A DNA stretch of 64,000 nucleotides from the human T2T-CHM13v2.0 reference genome, Homo sapiens. The stretch lies in assembly GCF_009914755.1 (NCBI RefSeq), contig NC_060947.1; one strand, written 5' to 3'. The notes beneath the pieces are model-generated. The model had not been told where the DNA came from. It made no database searches and was given only the letters and a program-made list of their open reading frames with translations. The translations under genes and the position numbers were made by a program. Shown here piece by piece: positions 25,105 to 38,500 of the stretch (the first letter of the stretch is position 1; the number at the start of each line of letters is the position of its first letter).

Positions 25105-26700
25105 TTATTTTTCATTTTTTAATTTTTATGGGAACATATTAGGTACACATATATATATTTATGAAGTATATGGAATATTTTGATACAGACACACAATGTG
25201 TAACAATTACGTTAGGGTAAATGAGGTATCCATCACCTCAAGCATTTATTCTTTTTGTCACAAATAATCCAATTATACTCTTTTAGTTATTTTTAAATGC
25301 ACAATTAAATGATTATTGATTACGGTCACTCTGTTGTGCTATAAAATACTGGATTTTATTCATTCTTTTAAACTGTATCTATGTACCCATTAACCATGCC
25401 TACCTTATCCATTCTTCTTGGTTTTCCAATTTAATGGCATATAGTTGCTCATAGTAGACTCGAATGAGTTTATTAATTTCTGTGGTATTGGTTGAAATGT
25501 CTCCTTTTTCTTCTCTGATATTATTTACCTGAATATTATCTTTTTTTTTATTTAGCCATACTAAAGGATTGTCGGTTTTATCTTTTCTAAAAACTTTTTG
25601 TTTCATTGATTTTTGTATTGTTTTCTCTGTTTCAATTTTATTTCTGCTCTTATTTATTTCTTTATTATTTATAATCTTTTTCTTCTACTAATTTTGCGTT
25701 TGGTTTGCTCTTGCTTTTCTAGTTCTTTAAGATGCATCATTAGTTTGTTTATTTGAAGTTTTTATTCTTTTTTAATGTAGGCACTTATAGCTATAAAATT
25801 CCCTCTAAGTATTGCTTTTGCTGTATCCCATAGGTTCTGGTATGCTGTGTTCCATTATCATTTGTTTCAAGAAATTTTTCAATTTCCTTCTCAATCTCTT
25901 CATTGAACCACTGGTCATTCAGGACCATATTGTTTAATTTTCATATGTTCATATAGATTTCAAAATTAATCTTGTTATTGATTTCTAGCTTAATTCTATT
26001 TTGGTCAGAGAAGATACTTGATATTATTTCAATTTTTTGAATGTTTTTATAAATGTTTTGTGGCCTAATGTATAGTCTACCCTTGAGGATGATCCATGTG
26101 CTAGGGAGAAGAATGTGTATTCTCCTGCCATTACATGAAATGTTCTGTAAACGTCTATTAGGCCCAGTTGGTGTGTAGTGCTGATTAGCTCCAATATTTC
26201 TTTGTTGATTTTCTTCCTGGGTAATCTGTCCAGTGCTTAATGTCAGTGTTGATGTCTCCAGTTATTATTGTATTGCAGTCTATCCCTTTCTTTAGCTCTA
26301 ATAACACTTGCTTTATATGTCTGGATGTTCCAGTGTTGGGTGCATATATATTTACAATTGTTACATCCTCTTGCTGAATTGACCCATTTATCATTACAAA
26401 ATGACTTTCTTTGTCTCTTTTTAGAGATTTAGTCTGAAGTCTATTTTGTCTGATATAAGCATAGCTACACCTGCTGTTTTTTTATTTCCATTTGCATGGC
26501 ATACACTTTTCCATCTCTTGTTTTCAGCATATGTGTGTCTTTATAGGTAGTGTGTTTCTGGTAGAAAACAGACAATTTGGACTTGTTTTTTATCCATTCA
26601 TCCATGCTAAGTCTTATGATTGGAAAGTTTTGTCTATTTACATTCAAGATTACTTTTAAGTAATGACTTTTTCACAACATTTTGTTATTTGTTTTCTAAT
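25105..26700 (-). mobile_element. L1MA-type element with a large internal deletion
   Basis: L1MA-like 3'UTR (25105-~25400) is joined directly to the ORF2 endonuclease region (minus ORF 'IQQEDVTIVNIYAPNTG'). Confidence 0.75.
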
Positions 26701-29700
26701 GCCATGGTGCTTTGCTACACCTATTAACGCATCATCTAGGTTTCAAGCCCCACATGCATTAGGCATCTGTCCTAATGCTCTCCCTCCCCTTTCCTTCCAC
26801 ATGCTGACAGGCCCCAGTGTCTGATGTTTCCCTCCCTGTGTCCATGTGTTCTCATTGTTCAACTCCCACTTACGAGTGAGAACATGCGATGTTTGATTTT
26901 CTGTTCCTGTGTTAACTTGCTGAGGATGATGGTTTCCAGGTTCATACATGTTCCTGCAAAGGACATGAAATTCTTTTTTATGGCTTCATAGTATTACATG
27001 GTGTATATGTGCCACATTTTCTTCATCCAGTCTATCATTGGTGGGCATTTGGGTTGGTTCCAAGTCTTTGCTGTTGTAAATATCACTGCAATAAACATAC
27101 ACGTGCATGTGTCTTTATAGTAGGGGATATGATTGTATCCCCTACTATATAATACTTTGGATATATGCCCAGTAATGGGATTGCTGGGTCAAATGGTATT
27201 TTTGGTTCTAGATCCTTGAGGAATCACCACACTGTCTTCTACAATGCTTGAACTAATTTACACTCCACCAACAGTGAAAAGCATTCCTATTTCTCCATAT
27301 CCTCTCCAGCCTCTGTTGTTTCCTGACTTTTTAATGATTGCCACTCTAACTGGCATGAGATGGCATCTCATTGTGGTTTTGATTTGCATTTGTCTAATGA
27401 CCAGTGATGATGAGCTTTTTTTCATGTTTGTTGGCTGCATATATGTATTCTTTTGAGAAGTGTCTGTTCATATCCTTCACCCACTTTTTGATGGGGTTGT
27501 TTGTTTTTTCTTGTACATTTGTTAAAGTTCCTTGTAGATTCTAGATGTTAGAATTTTGTCAGATGGATAGATTGCAAAAATTTTCTCCCATTCTCTAGGT
27601 TACCTATTCACTCTGATGATAATTTCTTTTGCTGAGCAGAAGCTCTTTAGTTTAATTAGATCCCATTTGTCAGTTTAGGCCTTTGTTGCAGTTGCTTTTT
27701 GGTGTCTTAGTCATATAGTTTCTGCCCATACGTATGTCCTGAATGGTATTGCCTAGGTTTTCTTCTAGGGTTTTTATGGTTTTAGGTTTTACATTTATGT
27801 CTTTAATCCATCTTGAGTTAATTTTTGTATAAGGTGTAAAGATAAGGAAGGGGTCCAGTTTCTGTTTTCTACATATGGCTAGCCAGTTTTCCCAGCACCA
27901 TTTATTAAATAGGGAATCCTTTTCTCATTGCTTGTTTTTGTCATGTTTTTCGAAGATCAGATTGTTGTAGATGTGAGGTGTTATTTCTGAGGCCTCTGTT
28001 CTGTTCCACTGTTCTATATACCCGTTTTGGTACCAGTACCATGCTGTTTTGATTACTGTAGCCATGTAGTATACCTTGAAGTTGGGTAGTGTGATGCCTC
28101 CAGCTTTTTCCTTTTTGCTTAGGATTGTCTTGGCTACACGGGCTATTTTTTGGTTCCATATGAAACTTAAAGTAGTGTTTTCTAGTTTTGTGAAGAAAGT
28201 CAATGGTAGCTTTATGGGAATAGCATTGAATCTATACATTGCTTTCATCAGTATGCCCATTTTCACGATATTGATTCTTCCTATCCATGAGCATGGAATG
28301 TTTTTCTATTTGTTTGTGTCCTCTCTGATTTCCTTGAGCAGTGGTTTGTAGTTCTTCTTGAAGAGGTCCTTCAAGTCTCTTCTAAGTTGTATTCCTGGGT
28401 ATTTTATTTTCTTTGTAGCAATTGTGAATGGGAGCTCACTCATGATTTGGCTCTCTGTCTGTCTATTATTGGTGTATAGGAATGCTTGTGATTTTTGCAC
28501 ATTGATTTTGTATCCTGAGACTATGCTGAAGTTGCTTATCAGCTTAAGGAGTTTTTGGGCTGACATGATGGGGTTTTCTAAATATACAATCGTGTCATCT
28601 GAAAACAGAGACAATTTGACTTTCTCTCTTTCTATTTGAATACCCTTTATTTCTTGCTCTTGCTTGATTGCTCTAGCCAGAACTTCCAATGCTACGTCGA
28701 ATAGGAGTGGAGAGAGAGAGCATCCTTGTCTTGTGCCAGTTTTCAAAGGGAATGTTTCTAGCTTTTGCCCATTCAGTATGATTTTGGCTATGGGTTTGTC
28801 ATAAATAACTCTTATTATTTTGAAATCCGCTCCATCAATACCTAGTTTATTGAGAGTTTTTAGCATGAAGGGGTATTGAATTTTATTGAAGGCCTTTTCG
28901 GCATCTATTAAGATAATCATGTGTTTTTTGTCATTGGTTCTGTTCATGTGATGGATTACATTTATTGATTTGTGTATGTTGAACCAGCCTTGCATCCAAG
29001 GAATGAAGCCAACTTGATTGTGGTGGATAAGCTTTTTGATGTGCTGCTGGATACAGTTTGCCAGTATTTTATTGAGAATTGTTGAATTGATGTTCATCAG
29101 GGATATTGCCTTGAAATTTTCTTTTTTTGTTCTTTCTCTGCCAAATTTTGGTAACTGGATGATGCTGGCCTCATAAAATGAGCTGCAGAGGAGTCCCACT
29201 TTTTTGTTTGGAATAGTTTCAGAAGGAATGGTGCCAGCTTCTCTTTGTACCACTGGTGGAATTCAGCTGTGAATCCGTCTGGTCCTGGGCTTTTTTTTTT
29301 TTTTTTTGGTTGGTAGGCTATTAATTACTGCCTAAATTACAGAACTTGTTATTGATCTATTCAGGGATTTGACTTCCTCCTGGTTTAGTCTTGGGAGGGT
29401 GTGTGTGTGTCCAGGAATTTATCCATTTCTTTTTGATTTTCTAGTTTATTTGCGTAGAGGTGTTAACAGTACTCTCCGATGGTAGTTTGTCTTTCTGTGT
29501 GATCAGTGGTGATATCCCCTTTATCATTTTTTATTGTGTCTATTTGATTCTTCTCCCTTTTCTTCATTATTAGTCTGGCTAGCAGTCTATCTATTTTGTT
29601 AATCTTTTTTGAAAAAACAGCTCCTGGATTCATTGATTTTTTGATGGGTTTTTCAGGTCTATCTCCATCAGTTCTGCTCTGATTTTAGTTATTTCTTCTC

Positions 29701-32700
29701 TTCTGCTACCTTTTGAATTTGTTTGCTCTTTCTTCTCTAGTTCTTTTAATTGTGATGTTTGTTAGAGTGTTGATTTTAGATCTTTCTCGCTTTCTGATGT
29801 GGGCATTTAGTGCTATAAATTTCCCTCTAAACACTGCTTTAGCTGTGTCCCAGAGATTCTGGTACGTTGCCTCTTTGTCCTCATTGGTTTCAAAGAACTT
29901 ATTTATTTCTGCCTTTATTTCGTTATTTACCCAGTAGTCGTTCAGGAGCAGGTTGTTCAGTTTCCATGTAGTTTTGTGATTTTAAGTGAGTTTGTTAATC
30001 CTGAGTTCTAATTTGATTGCACTGCAGTCTGAGAGACTGTTTGTTAGGATTTCCGTTTTTTGAATTTCCTGAGGAGTGTTTCACTTCCAATTATGTGGTC
30101 TATTTTAGAGTAAGTGATATATGGTGCTGAGAAGAATGTATATTCTGTTGATTTGGGGTGGAGAGCTCTGTAGATGTCCATTAGGTCCTCTTGGTCAGAG
30201 CTGAGTTCAAGTCCTCAATATCCTGCTTAATTTTCTGTCTCGTTGATCGGTCTAATATTGACAGTGGGGTGTTAAAGTCTCCCATTATTATTGTGTGGGT
30301 GTTTAAGTCCCTTTGTAGGCCTCTACAAACTTGTTTTATGAATCTGGGTGCTCCTGTATTAGGTGCATATATATTTAGGATAGTTAGCTCTTCTAGTTGC
30401 ATTGATCCCTTTACCGCTATGTAATGTTATTCTTTGTCTTTTTTGATCTTTGTTGGCTTAAAGTCTGTGTTATCAGAGACTAGGATTGGAACCCCTGCTT
30501 TATTTTGCTTTCTATTTGCTTGGTAAATATTCCTTCATCCTTTTAATTTGAGCCTATATGTGTCTTTGCACCTGAGATGGGTCTCCTGAATACAGCACAT
30601 CAAGGGTCTCTTTATCCAATTTTCCAGTCTATGTCTTTTAATTGGGGCATTTAGCCCATTTACATTCAAGGTTAATATTGTTATGTGTCAATTTGATCCT
30701 GTCCTCATGATGCTAGCTAGTTATTTTGCACATTAGTTGATGCAGTTTCTTCATAGTGTCATTGGTCTTTATATTTTGGTGTGTTTTTCCAGTGGCTGGT
30801 ACCGGTTTTTCCTTTTCATATTTAGTGCTTTCTGCAGGAACTCTTGTAAGGCAGGCCTGGGAGTGACACGATCCCTCAGCATTTGCTTGTTTGGAAAACA
30901 TTTTATTTCTCCTTCACTTATGAAGCTTAGTTTGGCTGGATATGGAATTCTGGGTTAAACATTCTTTATGAATGTTGAATATTGGCCCCTACTCTCTTCT
31001 GACTTATAGGGTTTCTGCAGAGAGATCTGCTGTTAGTCTGATGAGCTTCCCTTTGTAGGTAACCTGACTTTTATCTCTGGCTGACCTTAACATTTTCTTC
31101 TTCATTTCAACTTTGGAGAATCTGACAACTATGTGTCTTCGTGTTGCTCTTCTCGAGGAGTATCTTAGTGGTGTTCTCTTTATTTCCTGAATTTGAATGT
31201 AGGCCATATTGCTAGTTTGGGGAAGTTTTCCTGGATAATATCCTGAAGTGTGTTTTCCAACTTGGTTCCATTCTCCTCATCACTTTCAGGCACACCAATG
31301 AAACGTAAGTTTGGTCTTTTCACATAGTCCCATATTGCCTGGAGGCTTTGTTTGCTCCTTTTCATTCTTTTTTCTCTAATATTCTCTTCATGATTTTTTT
31401 TCATTAAGTTGATTTTCAATTTCTAATATTCTTTCTTCTGCTTGATTGATTCAGCTATTGATACTTGAGTATGCTTCAAAGTTCTCATGCTGTGTTTCTC
31501 AGCTCCATCAGTTCATTTATGTTCTTTTCTAAACTGGTTGTTGTAGTTAGCAGTTCCTGTAACCTTTTATCAAGGTTCTTAGCTTCCTTGCATTGGGTTA
31601 GAACATGCTCCTTTAGCTAAGAGGAGTTTGTTATTGCCCAATTTCTGAAGCCTATTTCTGTCAGTTCATCAAACTCATTCTCCGTTCAGTCTTGTGCCCT
31701 TGCTGGAGAAGAGATGTGATCATTTAGAGGAGAAGAGGCATTCTGGTTTTTGGAATTTTCAGCCATTTTGTGTTGGTTTTTCCTCATCTTCATGGATTTA
31801 TCTACCTTTGATCTTGATGTTGATTACTTTTGGATGCGTTTTTTGTGTGGGCATCCTTTTTGTTGATGTTAATGTTATTGCTTTCTGTTTGTTGGTTTTC
31901 CTTCTAACAGTCAGGCTGTCTTCTGCAAGTCTGCTGGAGTTTGCTGGAGGTCCACTCCAGGTCATATTTGCCTGGGTATCACCAGTGGAGGCTGCAGAAC
32001 AGCAAAGATTGCTGCTTGCATCTTCCTCTGGAAGCTTCATCCCAGAGGGGCACCTGCATGATGCCAGCCAGAGTTCTCCTGTATTAAGTGTCTGTCGACC
32101 TTTGCTGGGACGTGTTTCCCAGTCAGGAGGCATGGGGGTCAGGGACCCACTTGAGGAGGAAGTCTGTCCCTTAGCAGAGCTTGAGTGCTGTGCTGGGAGA
32201 TCTGCTGCCCTCTTCAGAGCTGGCAGGCAGGAATGTTTAAGTGTGCTGAAGCTGTGCCCACAGCCGCCCCTTCCCCCAGGTGCTCTGTCCCAGGGAGATG
32301 GGAGTTTTATGTATAAGCCCCTGACTGGGGCTGCTGCCTTTCTTTCAGAGATGCCCTGACCATTGAGGAGGGATCTAGAGAGGCAGTCTGGCCACAGCTG
32401 ACTGGCTGTGCTGCAGTGAATTCCACACAGTGTGAACTTTCCAGCGGCTCCCTTAATTCTGTGACAGGAAAACCACTTTCTCAAGCCTAAATAATGGTGA
32501 ACGCCCCTCCCCCCACCAAACTCGATTGTCCTAAGTTGACTTCAGACCGCTGTGCTGGCAGCAATAATTTCAATCCAGTTGTTCTTAGCTTGCTGGGCTC
32601 CATGGGAATGGGACCCACTCAACGAGATCATTTGGCTCCCTGATTTCAGCTCCCTTTCCAGGGGAGTGAAAGGTTCTGTCTCGCTGGGTTTCCAGGCCCA

Positions 32701-33132
32701 ACTGAGGTGTGACAAAAAAAAAACTCCTGCAGCTAGCTCAGTGTCTCTCCAAACAGCCATCCAGTTTTGTGCTTGAAACCCAGGGCCTGGGTGGTCTAGA
32801 CACAGGAGAGAATCTCCTGGTCTGCGGGTTGCAAAAACCATGAGAAAAGCGTAGTATCTGAGTTGGATAGCACTGTCCCTCATGGCACAGTCTCTCACTA
32901 CTTCCCTTGGTTAAGGGAGGGAGTTCCCCAGCCCCTTGCACTTCTTGGATGAGGCGACACCCCACCCTACTTCTGCTTGCCCTTCATGGGCTGCAACCAC
33001 TGTCTAACCAGTCCCAGTGAGATGAACAGTGTACCTCAGTTTGAAATGCAGAAATCACCCACCTTCTGTACTGATCTTACTGGGAGCTGCAGACCAGAGC
33101 ATTTCCTATTTGGCCATCTTGCCCAGGAATCC
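26701..33132 (-). mobile_element. Nearly full-length L1PA7/8-like LINE-1 (6.4 kb), disabled, lacking poly(A)
   Basis: 5' end ...CAAGATGGCCAAATAGG at ~33106-33122 (-), 5'UTR, ORF1 fragments (30713-31900), ORF2 fragments (EN at 30181-30402; RT at 28306-29253 with FSDD for FADD), and a 3'UTR cut off at 26701. Confidence 0.92.
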
Positions 33133-33827
33133 ATCAAAGCCAATTTAAAAGCCTATGTAAAAAATATTCTTGCTGCACTGTATACAAATATTTAGGCTAA
33201 ATATAATAAGCAAACCAGTCCTACCATTATTTGTCTTTAGTAAAATGGGAAACTGGAGAGAGAATAAATTATGTTTAAAAACAATTGTACACCTGTTGTT
33301 AGATTCTAGTCTTGCCTAATAGGGTTTTTTTTCATTTTTTTAATTATTTTCTACAGTTTGGACCAAATTCTAATTTTTCTTGGCTACAACTGTTCAAAAT
33401 GTTTCCATTTTTTTCTTATCTTTTTCATTTTTCATAATTTGGGGTCACTGAAAACTAAGCCGTGGTTTTTTAAAACCCTGTGAACCGAAGCCAGGCAACT
33501 TAAACTTCTGAAGAAAATAACAATAATCTATTTATATACATAAGCCACTTTTATACCTGCTTACTAATGTATGGCTTTCAGAGTAATGTGGCCTATATTG
33601 ATTTGTCCAAGACTGTTCTTTTCTTGTTGTTTTATCTCTTTTTCTTCCTCCTATTTTCTCTTCATAGGACATGAGACTCCACCACCTGCTAAAAATGAGC
33701 TTTCTGGACCTATTCATCTAAAAATAAACCATCTTATGCATGACAGATCAGATGAAATCTGAGACAGAGACTCATTTTCTTGTAAAATGCTTTCTCCAAA
33801 AAATTGTTAAAAAGAAAAAGGGGGAAT
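33133..33827 (+). mobile_element. MER4-group ERV internal 3' end with polypurine tract
   Basis: MER4-int-like sequence ending in the PPT AAAAGAAAAAGGGGGAA directly before the LTR. Confidence 0.75.
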
Positions 33828-34234
33828 TGTGAAAGAAAAATATCTTGGGCCCTTCAAGCTGGGAACCACTCAGGGCAAGTCTGCCTCCTATTCAACCTAA
33901 CCCTTTGCTCACAGAGATAGATGCAGATTCTGATTGCCTCCTTTGGAAAGACTTATCATAAACTCAAAGAATGCAGCCATCTGTCTTTCACCTACATATG
34001 ACCAGGAGACACCCAATTGGTGGGAGGCTTGTTTCTAGATGAAACTAATGTGTTTCTTACATATTGATGGATGTCTCATGTCTCCCTAAAATGTATAAAA
34101 CCAATCTGTGCCCTGACCACCTTGGGCACATGTCATCAGGACTTCCCGAAGCTGTGTTATGGGCACATTCTCAACCTTTGCAAAATAAACTTTCTAAATT
34201 ATTTGAGACCTGTCTCAAAGTTTGGAGGTTCACA
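33828..34234 (+). mobile_element. 3' LTR, MER4A1-like
   Basis: TGTGAAAG...ATATCTTGGGCCC start, TATAAAA (~34094), AATAAA (~34184), and ...GGTTCACA end. Confidence 0.85.
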
Positions 34235-35508
34235 AATTCAACAAAGCAAACAAAAACAAAAAGTGGGGAAAGGATATCCTCTTAAACAAATGCTGCTTAG
34301 ATAGTTGGCAAGCCACATGTAAAAAAATAAAACTGAATCCTCACCCTCACCTTGTATAAAAATCAACTCAAGATGATTCAAAGACTTACATCTAAGACCT
34401 GAAACTATAAAAATTTTAGAAGATAGCATTGGAAAAACTCTTCTAGACATTGGCTTAGGCCAAGAGTTTATGACCAGGAACCCAAGAGCAAATGCAATAG
34501 GAACAAATATAAACAGATGGAACCTAATTAAACTAAAGAGCTTCTGTACACCAAAAGAAATAATCAGCAGAGTAAACAGACGAACCATAAAATGGGAGAA
34601 AATATTTACAAACTATGCATTTGACAAAAGACTAATAGCCAGAATCTACAAGGAATGCAAGCAAACCAGCAAGAAAAAAACAACTCTATCAAAAAGTGGG
34701 CAAAGGACATGAATAGACAATTCTCAAAAAATATATACAAATGATTAACGTCACTAATTGTCAGGTAAATGCAAATTAAAACCACAGTGAAATATCATCT
34801 TACTTCTCTAAGAATGTCCATAAATAAAAAAAAAACATAATACATATTGGTGTGAATGTGCTGAAAAGGGAACACCTGTACGCTGCTGGTGGGAATGTAA
34901 ACTAGTACAATCACTATGAAAAAGATTATGAAAATTCCTTAAAATACTAAAAGTAGAACTACCATTTGATCTAGCAATCCCACTTCTGGGTATCTACCCA
35001 GAGGAAAAGAAGTCATTATATGAAAAATACACTTGCACACACATTTATAGCAGCACAATTTGCAATTGTAAAAAATATAGAACCATCTTAAATGTCAATC
35101 AACCAACGAGTGGATAAGGAAAATCTGGTATATATACACCATAGGATACTACCTAGCCATAAAAAGAAACAAAATAATGACGTTTATAGCAAGTTGGATA
35201 AAGTTGGAGACCATTATTCTAAGTGAAGTAACTCAGGAATGGAAAACTAAATATTGTGTGTTCTCACAAATAAGTAGCAGCTAAGCTATGAGGATGTAAA
35301 GGCATAAAAATGATATAATGGACTTTCAGTACTTGGAGAAAAAAGTGAAAAGGAGGTGAGGATAAAAGATTATACACTGGGTACAGGGTACACTGCTTGG
35401 GTGATGGGTGCACCAAAATCTCAGAAATTGCCACTAAAGAACTTATCCATGTAACCAAAAATGACCTGTTCCCCAAAAACTGTTGAAATTAAAATAAAAT
35501 AAAATAAA
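34235..35508 (+). mobile_element. L1PB-like 3' portion
   Basis: ORF2 C-terminal remnants, an L1PB-type 3'UTR (GGGTGATGGGTGCACCAAAATCTCAGAAAT) and a (TAAAA)n tail. Confidence 0.85.
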
Positions 35509-35549
35509 TGATGCCCACTTTAAAAAATTAAGAAAAGTTCTCCAATCTG

Positions 35550-38500
35550 TGTAATTGTATGGAAATTAAACAACATACTCCTGAATGATCTTTGGGTAAA
35601 TAATGAAATTAAGGCAGAAATTAAGACGTTCTTTGAAACTAATAAGAACAAAGATACAACATCCCAGAATCTTTAGGACACAGCTAAGGGAGTGTTAAAA
35701 GAAAACTTCATAGCACTAAATACACACATAAAAAAGTTAGAAAGATCTCAAATTAACTACCTAATGTCACAACTGAAAGAATTAGAGAAGCAAGAAGAAA
35801 TCAACCCCAAAGATAGCAGAATACAAGAAATAACTTAATTCAGAGCTGAACTAAAGAAAATCAAGACATGAAAAAACATTCAAAAATTGCACAAATTCAG
35901 GAGGTGTTTTTTTTGGGGGGGGCAGGAAGACAAATAGGCCACTAGCTAGGCTAATAAAGAATAAAAGAGAGAAGATCCAAATAAACACAATTAGAAATGA
36001 CAAAGGGAGTATTGCCACTGACACCACAGAAACAAAAATAACCATCAGAAACTACTATGAAACCTCTATGCACAAAAACTAGAAACCCTAGAAGAGAAGG
36101 ATAAATTCCTGGAAGCATACACTTTGTCAAGACTGAACCAGGAGAGAAAAACTTCTGTATCGCTCCCGCTCCCTCTCCCTCTCCCTCTCCCTCTCCCCTC
36201 TTTCCACGGTCTCCCTCTGATGCCAAGCCAAAGCTGGACTGTACTGCTGCCATCTCGGCTCACTGCAACCTCCCTGCCTGATTCTCCTGCCTCAGCCTGC
36301 CGAGTGCCTGTGATTGCAGGCGCGCGCCGCCACGCCTGACTGGTTTTCGTATTTTTTTGGTGGAGACGGGGTTTCGCTGTGTTGGCTGGGATGGTCTCCA
36401 GCTCCTAACAGCGAGTGATCTGCCAGCCTCAGCCTCCCGAATTGCCGGGATTGCAGACGGAGTCTGGTTCACTCAGTGCTCCATGGTGCCCAGGCTGGAG
36501 CGCAGTGGCGTGATCTCGGCTGGCTACAACCTCCACCTCCCACCCGCCTGCCTTGGCCTCCCAAAGTGCCGAGATTGCAGCCTCTGCCCGGCTGCCACCC
36601 CATCTGGGAAGTGAGGAGCGTCTCTGCCTGGCCGCCCATTGTCTGGGACATGAGGAGCCCCTCTGCCTGGCTGCCCAGTCTGGAAAGTGAGGAGCATCTC
36701 TGCCCCACTGCCATCCCATCTAGGAAGTGAGGAGCGCCTCTTCCCAGCCGCCATCCCATCTAGGAAGTGAGGAGCGTCTCTGCCCGGCCGCCCATCATCT
36801 GAGATGTGGGGAGCGCCTTTGCCCCGCCGCCCCGTCTGGGATGTGAGGAGCGCCTCTAACCGGCCGCGACCCCGTCTGGGAGGTGAGGAGCATCTCTGCC
36901 CGGCAACCCCGTCTGAGAAGCGAGGAGACCCTCCGCCTGGCAACCGCCCCATCTGAGAAGTGAGGAGCCCCTCCACCCGGCAGCCGCCCCGTCTGAGAAG
37001 TGAGGAGCCCCTCAGCCCGGCAGCTGCCCCGTCTGGGAAGTGAGGAGTGTCTCCACCCAGCAGCCACCCCATCCCGGAGGGAGGTGGGGGGGTCAGCCCC
37101 CCACCCGGCCAGCCACCCCGTCCGGGAGGGAGGTGGGGGCGTCAGCCCCCCGCCCGGCCAGCCACCCTGTCCGGGAGGTGAGGGGCGCCTCTGCCCGGCC
37201 GCCCCTACTGGGAAGTGAGGAGCCCCTCTGCCCGGCCAGCCGCCCCGTCTGGGAGGGAGGTGGGGGGTCAGCCCCCCGCCCGGCCAGCCGCCCCTTCTGG
37301 GAGGGAGGTGGGGGGGTCAGCACCCCCGCCCGGCCAGCCGCCCCGTCCAGGAGGGAGGTGGGGGGGTCAGCCCCCCGCCTGGCCAGCCACCCCGTCCGGG
37401 AGGGAGGTGGAGGGGTCAGCCCCCCACCCGGCCAGCTGCCTTGTCTGGGAGGTGAGGGGCGCCTCTGCCCGGCCGCCCCTACTGGGAAGGGAGGAGCCCC
37501 TCTGCCCGGCCACCACCCCGTCTGGGAGGTGTACCCAACAGCTCATTGAGAACGGGCCATGATGACAATGGTGGTTTTGTGGAATAGAAAGAGGGGAAAG
37601 GCGGGGAAAAGATTGAGAAATCGGATGGTTGCCGTGTCTGTGTAGAAAGAGGTAGACATGGGAGACTTTTCATTTTGTTCTGTACTAAGAAAAATTCTTC
37701 TGCCTTGTGATCCTGTTGATCTGTGACCTTACCCCCAACGCTGTGCCCTCTGAAACATGTGCTGTGTCCACTCAGGGTTAAATGGATTAAGGGCGGTGCA
37801 AGATGTGCTTTGTTAAACAGATGCTTGAAGGCAGCACGCTCGTTAAGAGTCATCACCACTCCCTAATCTCAAGTACCCAGGGACACAAACACTGCGGAAG
37901 GCCGCAGGGTCCTCTGCCTAGGAAAACCAGAGACCTTTGTTCACTTGTTTATCTGCTGACCTTCCCTCCACTATTGTCCTATGACCCTGCCAAATACCCC
38001 TCTGCGAGAAACACCCAAGAATGATCAATAAAAATAAATAAATAAATAAATAAAATAAAATAAAATAAAAAAAGACTGAACCAGGAATAAATTAATTCCA
38101 TGAACAGACCAATAACAAACTCCAATATTGAATCAGTAATAAATAACCTACCAGCAAAAAAAAAAAAAAAAAAAAAAAAGCCCAGGAACCAATAGATTCA
38201 GGACGAATTCTACCAGATGTACAAAGAGCTAATACCATTCTTACCGAAACTATTCCGAAAGAATTGAAGAGATGGGACTCCTCCCCAACTCATTTTATGA
38301 GGCCAGTATCATCCTGATACTAAAACCTAGCAGAGACATAAGAAAATAAAACTTCAGGCCAATATTCTTGATTAACACAGATGAAAAATCTTCAACAAAA
38401 TACTTGCAAATCAAATACAGCAACACACCAAAACGCTAATCCATCACAAGCAGGCTTCATCTCTGGGATGCAATGTTGGTTCAACAGACACAAACCAATA

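Noticed and set aside
31694-32484. 221-aa and 228-aa ORFs
   Set aside because: They fall in the GC-richer L1PA7/8 5'UTR and ORF1 start, begin at non-ATG codons, and have no recognisable domain.
36260-37859. Many overlapping GC-rich ORFs and a CRISPR-like repeat array
   Set aside because: This is the SVA Alu-like region and VNTR; there are no unique spacers or cas genes.
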